From the NCBI GenBank assembly GCA_030264375.1, contig JASCQW010000190.1, positions 57,068,897 to 57,132,896 of the forward strand: DNA of 64,000 nt, in the 5' to 3' direction. This stretch comes from Carcharhinus longimanus. Its lineage: Eukaryota. A program made the translations under genes and the position numbers. The notes under the pieces were generated by a model. It was not told the DNA's origin and searched no databases. It saw nothing but the letters and a program-made list of their open reading frames with translations. Positions 50,419 through 62,694 of the stretch are shown here, one piece after another. How positions within the stretch are numbered: position 1 is the stretch's first letter; every line of letters begins with the position of its first letter.

Positions 50419-53400
50419 TCCTAAAACTCCCTTGCTGCTCTTTGAATTGTGCGATAGGATCTTTAATGTCCATTAGAGAGGACAGTCAGGGCTTTGGTTT
50501 AATGTCTCATCTGCAAGGTGGCACCTAGGACAATGCGGCACTCCCTCAGTACCATGCCATCCGTTTGATCTGTGACTTCTTACTTCTGAACTTAACTCTA
50601 ACTCTGCATTGGCCAACTGAGCAAATGGATCTTCTGATATTGGGACACTGACATAATTGTTATGAAAACTTGATATCTGTTGACCTTTTGAAGTGCTGTA
50701 TTGAGAATCTAGGTGATTCCATTTGAAGATGCCCCTGAATTGCTTTCTTTGATTTCTGGGACGATCCTTCCCTGTTTAGAAAGTAGAAGTATGAGCAAGG
50801 TGCTTGTCAGAAACCTGCCACTTGGAATTGCCAGATCTGTGAAGAAAGTGCCAGAGTCAAATTTAATAATGGGTGACACTGACTCCGGGCATCCACATTT
50901 TTAGCCAGTGAAGGGGTGTAAATGACACACAGTAATGCTGCAGGGCATTCTGCTCCAAATATTCTATGTGACATTCCAACCACTGTCATTTGAAAGGCCC
51001 TGATCTAAATATTCTTCTGGCTGGTAGGCACTGAGTTAACAAATCCTGATGACAGAAAACAGGTACGCAAAACAAACCAGAGAATAAAGGACGGAGAGTG
51101 GATCTGCAGCTCTGAGAAAGCAGTACAAGGGACAGCAACTTGGAAAAATAAGCCGAATACAATTAAACCTGATGTTAACTAAGGTGGGAGGGGAGTCGAA
51201 TATAAGCAGTGCTGATGAGAATGATTAAAATAGAAAGAGTGCTTAAATGTGGAGTGCTTAAAGATCATGAAGCTTAAAGATCCAATGTGGAAATAATTCC
51301 ATTAATAATACATCTGTGATGGGGTGAGATGTCCTCTACTATCGACACGATAATGCGTTGAGGAAGGCATTCTATGTTCACTGTTTCTAGTGAAGTCTTC
51401 CTGATGTTCCTAACTACAGCATAGGAAATCTTTACAAGTGCATTCACAACATTGTTGTACCCAGTGATCAGATATACTTGCCTTCAAGGGCGCAATCCTT
51501 GGAACTCCAATATCTCTATTCCCTTCAACATGCCTCTTTTCTTTCTTCAGAGCGAATATGACCCTGTCGTGCTATCATCTGCTTCAGCACCACATCGCTT
51601 TTTACAGATCATTCCTCTAGTATGTGCAGACATTTTTCCCACAACCCCTTTTCCTCTATGCTGTCTTCCCTTGTAAGCTGCTCATCCGTAATCACTTACA
51701 GTTTTGCACCAAGTCAAAGACCTGATACTTTTAATACAACCTCCAGAGGTTGCCTGACCTGCAATATGTTTTCAGCATTTTCTTAATTTCAGATACCCAC
51801 CATCTGCAGTGTTTAGTGATTCCTTTTCCTAGTTCACTCCAGTTTAGATTCCGGTATAAAATGGAGCCTACTTTACCTGGACTTTAAAAGCCTGTCAGCT
51901 TACCAATAGAATTTTAGCAATGCTCATTGGTGGATATATAAAATACTCTTAGCATGACTAAGCAAATTGCAAGCTACACCAGGCAGTACAATTGTTTTGT
52001 TTCCAACTTTGGGATCTGCCTTATAGCTGCCTAACACTGAGATCAAATGCCTCTGTGGCTAATGGCAGGAGCAATTTGAGTTGATGGATAGAGTTTTGAC
52101 TTTGTGAATGTAGAAAAAGGCAAATCTTCACTAGGTGTTTGAATGTTTCAGTGTTACCCAGTGCTGCGCTAGGATGCCTGCATCACAGCCTAGCTCCTTG
52201 GCCTGAGACATTAGGCCATAAATTCCAGGCCTTCTGAAACTCTGGAGAAAAAGGAAGTAAGTCATTTATGAAATGTGTTTTTGCCTGAAAAGGTCTGAGG
52301 CACCTACAAAGGCTTGTAACTTGGATTGCCAATTCTGAACCTCCTGGATCTGTTTTCACGTGACCCTCTTGGTTTCAACCGTCCTGTCTTTGGCTACCTG
52401 GCATGATTAGCTGACGGTCAAGAATTGTCCAAACAGCTTTTTACTGATCCAAATATTCTGTAATGAATAAATGCAAGTGCTCAAAGAAGATGGGATTTTG
52501 AGTTTTCTCCTGAGTTGCCATGAGCAGTGTCAAGGACATTAATCCTCAGAGTTTCAGGACAAATTCCTGCACATGCCTTTGCCTTGTTAATACTGTCCTT
52601 GTCTAAAACGAACAGGCTCATGTCTGCATAAAGACAGTGTGCATTGGAATTTAGCACAGAGCCTCATGCTGGCACATATTTCACTGATGTTGCCAACTCT
52701 GGATGTCCTCATGTCTCCACCACAGCCTGTCAAACCCCCTACATCCCAAACCCACCGTCCCCCACCGATATTTTTAATGCTAGTAAACAAGTATTCAAAG
52801 AAAATTAAAGAACGTTTAAAAAAAAAACTTGCATTTGATTTATTTTACTCTCCCGGAGATGCACACAGCAATGTCCTGGACATCGAGCCTTCATTCCCAG
52901 AGACTGAACACAACCGTGGGGGCCTGGGAACCCCGTCATGCTGCTTTTAAGTGATGTTTTGAGCAGCTGTCGTGAGCTCAGTTGTTTACTGTGGTCTTAA
53001 AACATCGATGCGGGGAGGGGGGGAAGCTTCTTGCTGATGTTTGCCATGTGTTTTGCAAATGGAGGATGGTCCCCTTCACAATGCAGCAAACCTGCATCAA
53101 CCCCTTACGTTCCCAATATTTGTGTGACTCATGTTTGTTTTCTTCTGGTCTGTGGAAAGCACTTTACAGGCTGGCTCTGCCTATTCCCAGAGATGTTTGT
53201 CTAGCTTCCAGCAGCCTACTAGCCTACTTTGAACTGATGGTGTGCGGTTTGGTTTCTTCTTGAAGTGGCTTGACATTTCCTGCTCCTCTTGTCCAAGGTA
53301 GTGGTGATTCAATGTCTGCACTGATCCACAAACATTGTTTATTCGTACTCCTACATTTTAAAGTTGATTGAGTCAAAATTTCAGTTGATTTCAACATCCG

Positions 53401-53640
53401 TCACTTCAACTAATGATGTTTTACAATTGAAACTTCAACATTGAAACCCAGCTGAAGAACAAGAGGAAAAATTGTTTTTGACATTTTCCCTGCTGGGGCT
53501 TGTTTAGTCTCTATGGATTTGGAATTAAAATGCATTTAATGAGGCCCACTAACTGGTTCGCTGGAGCAGTTGAATCCTGATAAGGGATCACTGCTTTCTG
53601 CCCCTTTTAATCATGTCATGTACGTGCACGCATACAGAAG

Positions 53641-53677
<37 letters not shown>
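53641..53677 (+). repeat. (CA)n microsatellite
   Basis: About 17 CA units. Confidence 0.95.
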
Positions 53678-53682
<5 letters not shown>

Positions 53683-53724
53683 TGTGCACACAAATCTATT
53701 TTCATCTTCATAAATCACCTTCAT

Positions 53725-53958
53725 GGGGCAGTGGGGTGGGGGGAGAGAGAGAGAGAGAGAAAGCAGAAGTGGGGGGGGTGGGGGGAGGGGAAGAGAGAGG
53801 GGGAGAGAGAGAGAGAAAGCGGAAGGAGGGGGGGAGATGGGGAGAGAGAGGGCGATCTCCATTCCCCCCCCACCCCACCCCCGGCTCTCTTCCCTTCACT
53901 CCCCCCTCTACCCCCCAGGCCCCGCTCTCCCCCTGGCCTCACCTCTCTCTCCTCCCAC
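53725..53958. repeat. Polypurine tract followed directly by a polypyrimidine tract
   Basis: G/GA runs 53725-53852, then C/CT runs 53855-53958. Confidence 0.9.
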
Positions 53959-53959
53959 T

Positions 53960-53994
53960 CACCTGATGAAGCAGCAGTGCTCTGAAAGCTTGTG
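53960..53994 (+). ncRNA. Minimal type I hammerhead ribozyme motif at the start of a Penelope pLTR fragment (to about 54052)
   Basis: cac-CTGATGA-a-gcagc(agt)gctct-GAAA-gctt-gtg: both core boxes intact, palindromic stem III (AAGCTT), stem II with one mismatch. Confidence 0.6.
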
Positions 53995-54257
53995 GCTTCT
54001 GCTAACAAATAAACCTGTTGGACTTTAACCTGGTGCTGTGAGACTTCTTACTATCCAGACAATCCATGGCTTACAGGGTCAATCTTCTGACTTGACCTTC
54101 CTGCCCCTAGATTGGTAATCTGACCCTGTGCAATGTATAGTTAACCAAATATTCCATGAAGATCTGAAAGTCAGCCATGGTGTACATGTGAATTTTTGAT
54201 ATGCCTTCCCAGTGGGCAAGACTCTCTACCAGTGTTCTTTCCATCTTCCTTCCAACT

Positions 54258-54360
54258 GAGCTCTGATGAAGGGTCATCCAGACTCAGAACGTTAGCTCTA
54301 TTCTCTCTCCACAGATGCTGTCAGACCTGCTGATTTCGCAGCATTTACTGTTTTTGTTCT
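54258..54360 (+). mobile_element. Short Penelope pLTR retrocopy beginning with a hammerhead motif
   Basis: gagct-CTGATGA-a-gggtc(atcca)gactc-AGAA-cgtt-agctc; TSD ttccaact at 54250-54257 and 54361-54368. Confidence 0.75.
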
Positions 54361-54369
54361 TTCCAACTT

Positions 54370-54920
54370 CAGTTTATTGTGTGTGGCCAGCTTGCTGTAG
54401 TTCATGGCCAGTCATGGGCATATCTTGAAGGTATTTTGCTTGTACATGACCATTTTGTTCATTGCATGGCACAATCCTGATTGCTCCATAGCCATGCACG
54501 CACAAAGGGAGTGCTGCTCTCTCCCAAATACATTGCTCTCTCCCCTAAGGCTCAAACTGACAATCCATATATTGGGTCTTTTGTCTCCTGATCTTCATAC
54601 CCACTATGTAGCACAATGTCATCTGCAAATGACATTGCCTGTGACACTTCCTGCCGCCTTTGTTCAGTTAGAATATCGATGACAGTCAGGAAGAGGCTCA
54701 GTGCTGATCCTTTGTATAATCAATCTTTGATTTCAAAACTCTCTTCCCCACACAGATTGCTCTTTTTTGGCATTCCTTGCCATGTCCTGTAACAGTGGTG
54801 TATGCATCTCAAGGATGGCACCAATTCTAGCACATTTCCAGACTTCCTTCCTAGGTACCTGGTCATAAACTTTCTCCAAATTAGTTGTCAGGTTTAGGTC
54901 CAAAAAGACAGTGGCGCTCA
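54370..54920 (-). mobile_element. RTE-clade LINE RT relic
   Basis: LEKVYDQVPRKEVWKC; GSALSLFLTVIDILTE; SFADDIVL. Confidence 0.75.
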
Positions 54921-55971
54921 TAGTGAAGTAGCTTTTTAAGAAGCAACAGATTCATTTAGATATAGTTCATAAGCTAAGTAATCAGAAAAGGTATATGACC
55001 TGTGACAGGTGACAGCAGTTTACTGATCCTGGAGGAAGACCAAATATAGCCAAATAGCTGACCTTTGCAGCTGGAGGTGGCATTTTTTATTTGCTTTCAT
55101 CTCTTTGATCTTTGTTATCTTGGCTGAGGTATTAAGAAGCTTGTTTCTTTTGCTTGGCGAGAATGTTCTCCCTCAACCCTCAGGTCCGGTTGTTTACCCA
55201 ATGTCACACTCGTTTGAGCACTTCTGACTAAAGACCAAAAGACAGGTATCCAAGGTATTTGAATCTGAATGGCATAGGCCCATTATTTGTGACGTTTAAG
55301 TGGTGTTTAAAGCTAGTTGCAGCTTGCCCACCTTAGGATTGCTGAACCTTTAAATGATCTGGTGACTGGCACCAGCATAAAGCAGGTACAAGATGTACAG
55401 GATAGATAGATTGGCCGTGTTAAATTGCCCCTTAACTATCCAAAGATGTGTAGGTAAGGAAGATTGGCAATGGTAAGTGCATGGAGCTACAGGGATGGGT
55501 TGGGGAAAGATGCTCTGACAGAGTGTTGATGCAGATTTGATGGGCTGAATGGCCACCTCCTGCTCTTTAGGGATTCCATGAAAATCTGGCAGAGTCGCAT
55601 CACTGTTTGAAGAGTGTCTCATCTGCAAGACGCATCCTTTCATTCCACTGACCTCGGGGTAAATTTTCTGATCCTGTCTGCCATGCACACTGCAGTGGGC
55701 GGGACAGAAAATTTGGTGAACTGTTTAAAGGTCCATTGACATTGGGCAGGAATTCCCAGTTTTGGGTGCATGCGGCTGGAAACTACTGCCCCTAGTTTTG
55801 AATTCTGGTTTTGGGGATGACTGCAAATGGGAACAGAAAATGGAAATTCTAGGAAAATATAATTCTTTCAAATAACTGTCAAAAAGCCAAATTTCTCATT
55901 GTTTCCTCACTTTATACGAGAGCTTCACATCGACTGAATCCAAGTACATGTCCTTGTCCCCTGTAATCTAA

Positions 55972-56130
55972 GTAAGAAGTCTGACAACACCAGGTTTAAG
56001 TCCAGCCGATTTATTTGATAGTAAACTCACAAGCTTGTGAGTTTACTGTCAAATAAATCAGTTGGCCTTAAACCTGGTGGTGTCAGACTTCTTGCTGTGT
56101 TTACCCCAGTCCAATGCTGGCATCTCCACA
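55972..56130. mobile_element. Penelope pLTR-derived loopless hairpin element
   Basis: 63-bp arms 55971-56033 and 56034-56096 centred on AAG|CTT; 13-bp TSD ccctgtaatctaa at 55959-55971 and 56131-56143; right arm homologous to 53986-54052. Confidence 0.88.
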
Positions 56131-56779
56131 CCCTGTAATCTAATACAAGGGTATCCAAACTATGGCCTACAGGCCATAACCGGGCCGCATCCGGATCAGG
56201 GTTTAGAGACCGCTGATTTAGTACATCAGTGCCACGCTATGATAGGCATGTATATATTATATAAATGTGTGTGGTGTGACTGACTACATTTGATATGAAC
56301 ATGCACCAAGCCTGATTTCATGACATTGTAATTGGCCTTTAGGGCATATTTATCATTTTACACACGTACCATGGTTTGTGGTGCAGTAGTAGAGGGAACA
56401 GGCCTTTCCCAGGTAAGATTCTCTTTGCCAGAGTATTCCAGAGTTTACACTGTGTCCTCATCTCACCAACCATCTGGTCTATTAATTTCATAAATTGAAA
56501 ATGTTGAAATGAATGGGAATGAAAATCCATTGAGATTGGATTAGCTAATTCTATCTAAAATCTAACATTGAATAATGATTCCCAGATTGGTATCAGGCTG
56601 AAGAGGCAATGAGACTTGTATTCTTCAGGCCACATTTATCTCACTTATTTTTATGGGTCTTTGACAATGTATTTAATGGTTTTATGAAGGAATTTGGAAA
56701 AGGGCATTTTATTAATTTAAATTGTATAATGCGCAGTCAATGATAACTGATAGGTGGCCATATACACAACAGTGACCTT

Positions 56780-57185
56780 GTTCATAGAATTCTACATCAA
56801 AGAGGGAGGCCACTGTGGTTCACCATGCCTTGCCAGCTCTTTTGAGGCTATTCAATTAATCCTGATACCCCATCACTTTCCCCAGAGCCCTGCAAATTTT
56901 GCATTTTCAAATACTTATTCAATTTCCTTTTGAAAGTAATAACTGAATCTGCTTCTATCAACCTTGGACAGTGCATTCCAAATCATCATAAACCCTCCTC
57001 TCTCTCTCTCTCTCTCTCTCCCCCCCCGCTCTATTTAAGCTTTCCAGTGGTTAAAAACTTCAGTTCCAGTCAGAACCTGCTCACTTATTCTATCAAAACT
57101 GCTCATGATTTTAAAACCTCTATTAAATCTCCCCTTAATTGTCCCTGCTCTAAAAGGAACAATCTCATTTTCTCTAGTCAGTTGA
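56780..57185 (-). mobile_element. Old CR1 3' end containing a (CT)n run
   Basis: Reverse-complement tail and attttaaaacctctattaaatctcccctt (RGDLIEVFKI). Confidence 0.65.
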
Positions 57186-58654
57186 TAGTTACAACATATG
57201 CAACAAAAGCTGAAGAATTTGTGCTGAATCCTAACTGGCGAGTTGCATTTCAAGATTTCTGTCATCTGATGTAAGGCTTGGTCACCCTGAGGTAACGAAT
57301 GGTGAAATCCTGTCTTCAAACTGCTGATAGCGAGGACGCGTATACTGGAATATAATGTTTCATAGGTAAGACAAGCTGTCTGTGAAGGTTCGTTCTTTGC
57401 ATTCAGAGTCTGTTTTAACATGAACTGATAGGAAACATTGAGCTGCAGGTGCAGGAGCTCAGTGTTGCTTTCAAAAACGTTCAATCCCTACTTACCTGCT
57501 GATATTATTCATTTTTCAGTTGTGATCTTAGCTGTGCATTCCTGCTACTCCACTACTGAAGGCAGTGTTTTAGCCAGGACTTAAGAATTGAATTCTCTCT
57601 CTTCTGCAAGATTGGGCTGCTGTATTCCTGCCTGAGTATGCTGAGCATACGAAGGTCATTGGTAGGGGGAGGTCAAGCTTTCTTAAAAGTATCTCCTCCT
57701 GATTTCCCAGCTGCTTTGGTTATTAGTTTGAGCCATTGTTAATTAGATGTGATAGCAAAGGTAAGAAACTCAGAGGTTGGAACCTGGGGAAGTAGAAGTA
57801 TGTTGGCACATCACAGACATGTATTGACATGGGAAATAAAGCAGATGAAAGGGAATTTGGACTTCACCCTGAGCGATCACCCCGAGATTCTTCAATTTTT
57901 AAATTGCAATGCTTAAAACTGACCTATTGTCTCGTACCATTTGCTTTGACTATCAAGCTTAATATTGAAGCTTAGCAATGCTGGATGAATGTCTAATGCT
58001 TGCAGCATCCTCAAACACCCAGCAAGTTTGCCCTTTGGGTGAGTTGTTCTGAACAGGAAGACACTGAGTTCTCTGCTGAGTCAGCCAATCTTGATGGGCA
58101 CAGCAGCACTGTCTGTGATTGACCTCTGAATGACCCAGTTATGAAGGGGCAAAAGGTCAATATTCCTGTTTAAGATTGCTATACATCCTTCAGGAAACAT
58201 AGACAAATGAATGGCGATGAGGACTGGATTGTCTTGTTCTGATAACCTTGGTCAAATAGAAGGAAAGATTCGCATTTCTATAGCACCTTCCATATCCTCA
58301 GAATGTCCCAAAGAGCATCGCAGCAAATGATGTACATTTTGAATTTTCAATTTGCAGTTTGATCAAACTCGTAAAGTTGCTTCTTTTGCTGGCTAGAAGT
58401 GGCATACATTAATATGCAATAACACATTCCCTGCAAACCAATGTTGAAACCTTACTCATTTTTTGAATTCCCCAGGAGCTTATTCAACTCCTCAAGCCTG
58501 TTCCACTAGTGAATTAGTGTACGGCTGACTTGTATCTGAATGTCATCCACCAGTCATGGCTTTGGAACTCTTAATACTCACGCCACAATAAAAACTCAAA
58601 GTTCAATTGCACTACCACTGAGAGAATGGGAGAAGCACTTTTCCCATGACAGTG

Positions 58655-58810
58655 TCTTGGAAATCAGAGTCAACTTGCCAACGAATTCATATCAATTTTT
58701 CCCATAGTATAAATGGTTTTGATCATTTGAAATTTGGTTTTCTTGCCTTTGTCCTAATGAGTGAAGCAAGATGAAAAGCTTCAGCAACATGTCTCTTATT
58801 TCAACAATAT
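58655..58810 (+). mobile_element. Penelope pLTR (second family) with decayed hammerhead motif
   Basis: ttgtc-CTAATGA-gtgaagcaagat-GAAA-agcttc; start matches 33233-33260. Confidence 0.5.
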
Positions 58811-59775
58811 ACCAACTGAATTGTCATCACTTATGGTGAAGGAAATGCAGCAGCCAATTTGCCCACAACAAGGTCCAACAAAAAATTTTTTATCAGTTTA
58901 AATGATGTTGGTTAATAATCGATTAAGTTCACTAAGTGGACTAATACATGAAGAAATTCTAATTTTGTAGATAACGAGAGGGAACCAAGAAACATAACAG
59001 GAGAGGTCATTCAGCCCCTTAAACTGCTGCCATTTCATTCGATCAGAACCTTATATTTGCCAGCTTTTGATTTAAATGTCTTGGTATCACACTGTAACAG
59101 CAAAATTGGTCTACGGCCTTTTGAGGCAGTTCCAGATTCCACTTTTGTATATTTTAAGAAGTGCTTGCTGATTTTCCTTGAACATGACTGAGTTCTAATG
59201 TAAAGTTCAGATCCCCCTTGTTCTGGATGTTCATCCAGCAGAGGAAATAGTTTCTGCTTATCAGCACCATCAAATCAGTTTTATCATTTTTAGCATCTCA
59301 AGTAAATGTTATAATTTAACCTTTTAGCATCAGTGACATTTTGATATTAAGAACTGAACATCAGCAAGAGAAAAGAAATAGAAATTTGACCACAGGAGGT
59401 ATCACAAATAAACACAACACTGACCAGTTCTTAAACTTCACATGCACAAACATACGCTCTTGCAATGAATCACCTTTCATCATTCACTTTCTTCATTCAC
59501 TTTCTTCCTTGTTCTCTTTTGCATACCCCTTCTGGCCTCTCCTTCCTCCATTCCCTTCCTTTACTATGCTCCTCCATTCTCCTCCCACCTTCACCTGCTA
59601 GTTTTCCCATTGCTGTCTCGATGTCACTTCTCCCACTCTTTAGGCGCTTCTCCATTCTCTTAGTGGTAATGCAATTGAGTTTTAAGTTTTTATTGTAGAG
59701 TGAGTATTAAGAGTTCCAAAGCCATGACTGGTGGATGACATTCAGATACAGAACAGCCACACACTAATTCACTAA

Positions 59776-60097
59776 TAGAACATAGAACACTACAGCACAA
59801 ACAGGCCCTTCGGCCCATGAGTTGCGCCGATCACATCAACACCTACCAATCCATANNNNNNNNNNNNNNNNNNNNNNNNNNNNNNNNNNNNNNNNNNNNN
59901 NNNNNNNNNNNNNNNNNNNNNNNNNNNNNNNNNNNNNNNNNNNNNNNNNNNNNNNCCTCACCCTCCCCCTTCAGGATGTCTGGGACACGCCCAGAGACAT
60001 CCCGGATCCCAGCTCCAGGGAGACAAACCACCATCCGCGACTCACGTCTACGTCCACAAAAACGCCTGTCCGCCCCCCTCACTGTGGAGTCCCCTGT
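59776..60097 (-). mobile_element. Young CR1: 3' tail, gap, then ORF1 esterase fragment
   Basis: Tail (tagaaca)n...ggcccttcggccc left of the gap; right of it GDSTVRGADRRFCGRRRESRMVVCLPGAGIRDV (SGNH-like CR1 ORF1). Confidence 0.85.
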
Positions 60098-60144
60098 GGG
60101 ACAGGCTTGAGGAGTTGAATGGCCTCCTCCAATTTCTGTTTTTA

Positions 60145-62510
60145 TAAAAGCTCTTTCATAAGATGTGTGTGTTGCTGGCTTGGCCAGCATTTATGGCCAT
60201 CCCTAATTGCTCTTGAAAATGTGGTGGTGAGCTGTCTTCTTGAATCACTGCAATCCATGTGGTGTAAGTACACCTAGAGTTCTGTTAGGAAAGGATTTTG
60301 ACCCATCAACAATGAAGGAATGACGATATAATTCCAAGTCTGGCGGGTGAGTGGCTTGGAAAGGAACATGCTGGTGGTGGTGGTGTTCTCGGACACTTGC
60401 TGCCCTTGTCCTTGTAGATGGTAGCGGTCATGATTTGGAAGGTGCTGTCTCGGGAGCTTTGGTGAGTTCCTGCAGTATATCTTGCAGATGGTACTCACTG
60501 CTGTGCATCAATGGTGGAGGGAGTGAATGTTTCTGTCTTGGGTGCCAATCAAGTGGGCATCTTTCTTTTGGATGGTGTCAATCATCTTGGGTGTTGTTGA
60601 AACTGCACCCAACCATGCAAGTGGCGAATATTCTGTTACACTCTTGATTTGGGTACCTAGTACATGGTGAACAGACATTGGAAAGTCGAGAGGTGAGGTA
60701 CTCACCACAGGATTCCTAGCCTCTGACCTGCTCTTGTAGCCACAGTATTCGTATGGCTAATCCAGTTCAGCTTCTGGTCAATGGTAACCCCCAAAATGTT
60801 GATTCAGTGATGATGATATTGGTAAATGTCAAGAGAAGATGGTTAGAATTCTGTCTTGTTGGAGATGGTTATTGCCTGGCACTTGTGTAGTGCAGATATT
60901 ACTTGCCACTTGTCAGCCGAAACCTGGATATTGTTCAGACCTTGCTGCATTTGGACATGGATTGCTTCAGTGTCTGAGGAGTTGCAGATGGTGTTGAACA
61001 TTGTGCCATCATCAGCGAATGTCCCCACTTATGATAGAAGGAAGATCATGAATGAAACAGCTGAAGATAGTTGAGCCTAGGACACTATCCTGAGGAACTC
61101 CTGCAGTGACGTCCTGGAACTGAGATGATTAACCTCCAATCACTATGGCCATCTTTCTTTGTGCGAAGCCTGACTCCAGCCAGCAAAGGGTTTTACCCCT
61201 GATTCCCATTGATTCCAGCTTTGATGGGGCCCCTTGATGCCATACTCAGTCAAAAGCTATTTTGATATCAAGGGCAGTGTCTCTTTCTTCACCTCTGAAG
61301 ATTGACTCTTTTTTTTGTTTGAACCAAGGCTGTAATGAAGTCAGGAATTCAGTGGCCTTGGCAAAATTCAAACTGAACATTAGTGAGCAGGTTATTGCTG
61401 AGTAAGTGCTGCTTGATAGCATTGTTGGTGACCCCTTCAATCACTTTGCTGATGATCAAGAGTAAACTGATGGAGTGGTAATTGTCCAGATTGGATTTGT
61501 CCTGTTTTTTGTGGACAGGACATAGTTGGGCAATTTTCCACATTACTGGGTGGATGCCAGTGTTGTAGCTGCACTGGAATAGCTTGGCTAGCCTGCAACA
61601 AGTCGTGGAGCATAGGTTTTTCAATACTGTTGCCGGGAAATTGTCAGGGCCCCTATTCTTTATAGTACCTGTGCCTTAAGTTATTTCTTGATGTTGCATG
61701 GAGCGAATCAAATTGGCTGATGATAGATACTTGTGATGCAGTGGATCTCCAGAGGAAGCCCAGATGTACCATTGACTTGGCACTTGTGACTGACGATTGT
61801 TGTGAATACTTCAGCCACATCTTTTGCACTGATGTGCTGTGTTCCCACATCATTGAGGGTTGAGATATTTGTGGAACCTCCTCCTCCAGTGAGTTGTTTA
61901 ACTGCCCATCACCATTCATGACCTAATGTGGCAGGTAGGACTGCAGAACTGAGATTGGATCCAGTGATCGAGGGATCACTTAGCTCAGTCTCTCACTTGC
62001 TGCTTAAGCTGTTTGGCACCCAAGTAGTTCTGTGTTGTAGCATCACTAGATTGACTTCTTTCGTTTTTAAGATATGTCTGGTATTGCTCCTGAAATGCAC
62101 TCCCACAGTCTACATTGAACCAGGGTTGATCCCCTGGCTTGGTAGTAATGGTAGAGTGGGGCAGATGCCAGGCCATGACGTTACAGGTTGTGGTTGAATA
62201 CAATTCTGCTGCTGCTGATTGCTCACAGTGTCTCATAGATGCTAGTCTTGAGTTACTAGGTCTGTTCAAAGTCCATTCCATTTAGCACAGTGGTACTGCC
62301 ACACATCATGATGGAAGGTATTGTCAATACGAAGATGGGATTTGTCTCCAAGATTTGGTGTCATGAGCACACTTACTGATACTCTTATGGACAGATGTAT
62401 CTGCAGCAAGCAGGTTGGTGAAGATGAGGTCAAGTATGTTTTTGCCTCTTTGTTGGCTCCCTCACCTTCTGCAGCAGGACCAGTCTAGAAGCCATGTCCT
62501 TTAGGAACTA
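60145..62510 (-). mobile_element. Family-T LINE, about 2.35 kb (end of APE, RT, 3' tail), degraded
   Basis: KPGDQPWFN, WKIAQLCPVHKKQDKSNLDNYHSISLL, FADDGT, EYSPLAW; 62340-62510 overlaps 43375-43520; tail shared with family-T SINEs. Confidence 0.9.
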
Positions 62511-62694
62511 GATAATTTGGTCTGTGGTGCTCCCTCTCTGAATAATCAATCGCAGAAAAGCCATACTATTTTGAAAGTGAAATAATCACAGTTATAAATC
62601 TTTGTGGATTGGAGGGACGTCTAAAAATGGCTACAGCTGTTGTTTTGTCTGGGGTTATGAAATAGTTTCAGAAGTCTACTGGTAGACATTCTCA

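Noticed and set aside
52356-52364. TCACGTGAC CLEAR/TFEB-like E-box in an endolysosomal gene
   Set aside because: Single short motif deep in an intron; plausible by chance
55656-55790. Possible Harbinger-type MITE (also 18600-18960) and a hAT-like end at 56146-56195
   Set aside because: Termini too decayed to define TIRs or TSDs confidently by eye
57035-57484. 149-aa minus-strand ORF
   Set aside because: Its 3' third is antisense-frame CR1 relic; the remainder has no recognisable domain, and it is not the next VAC14 exon
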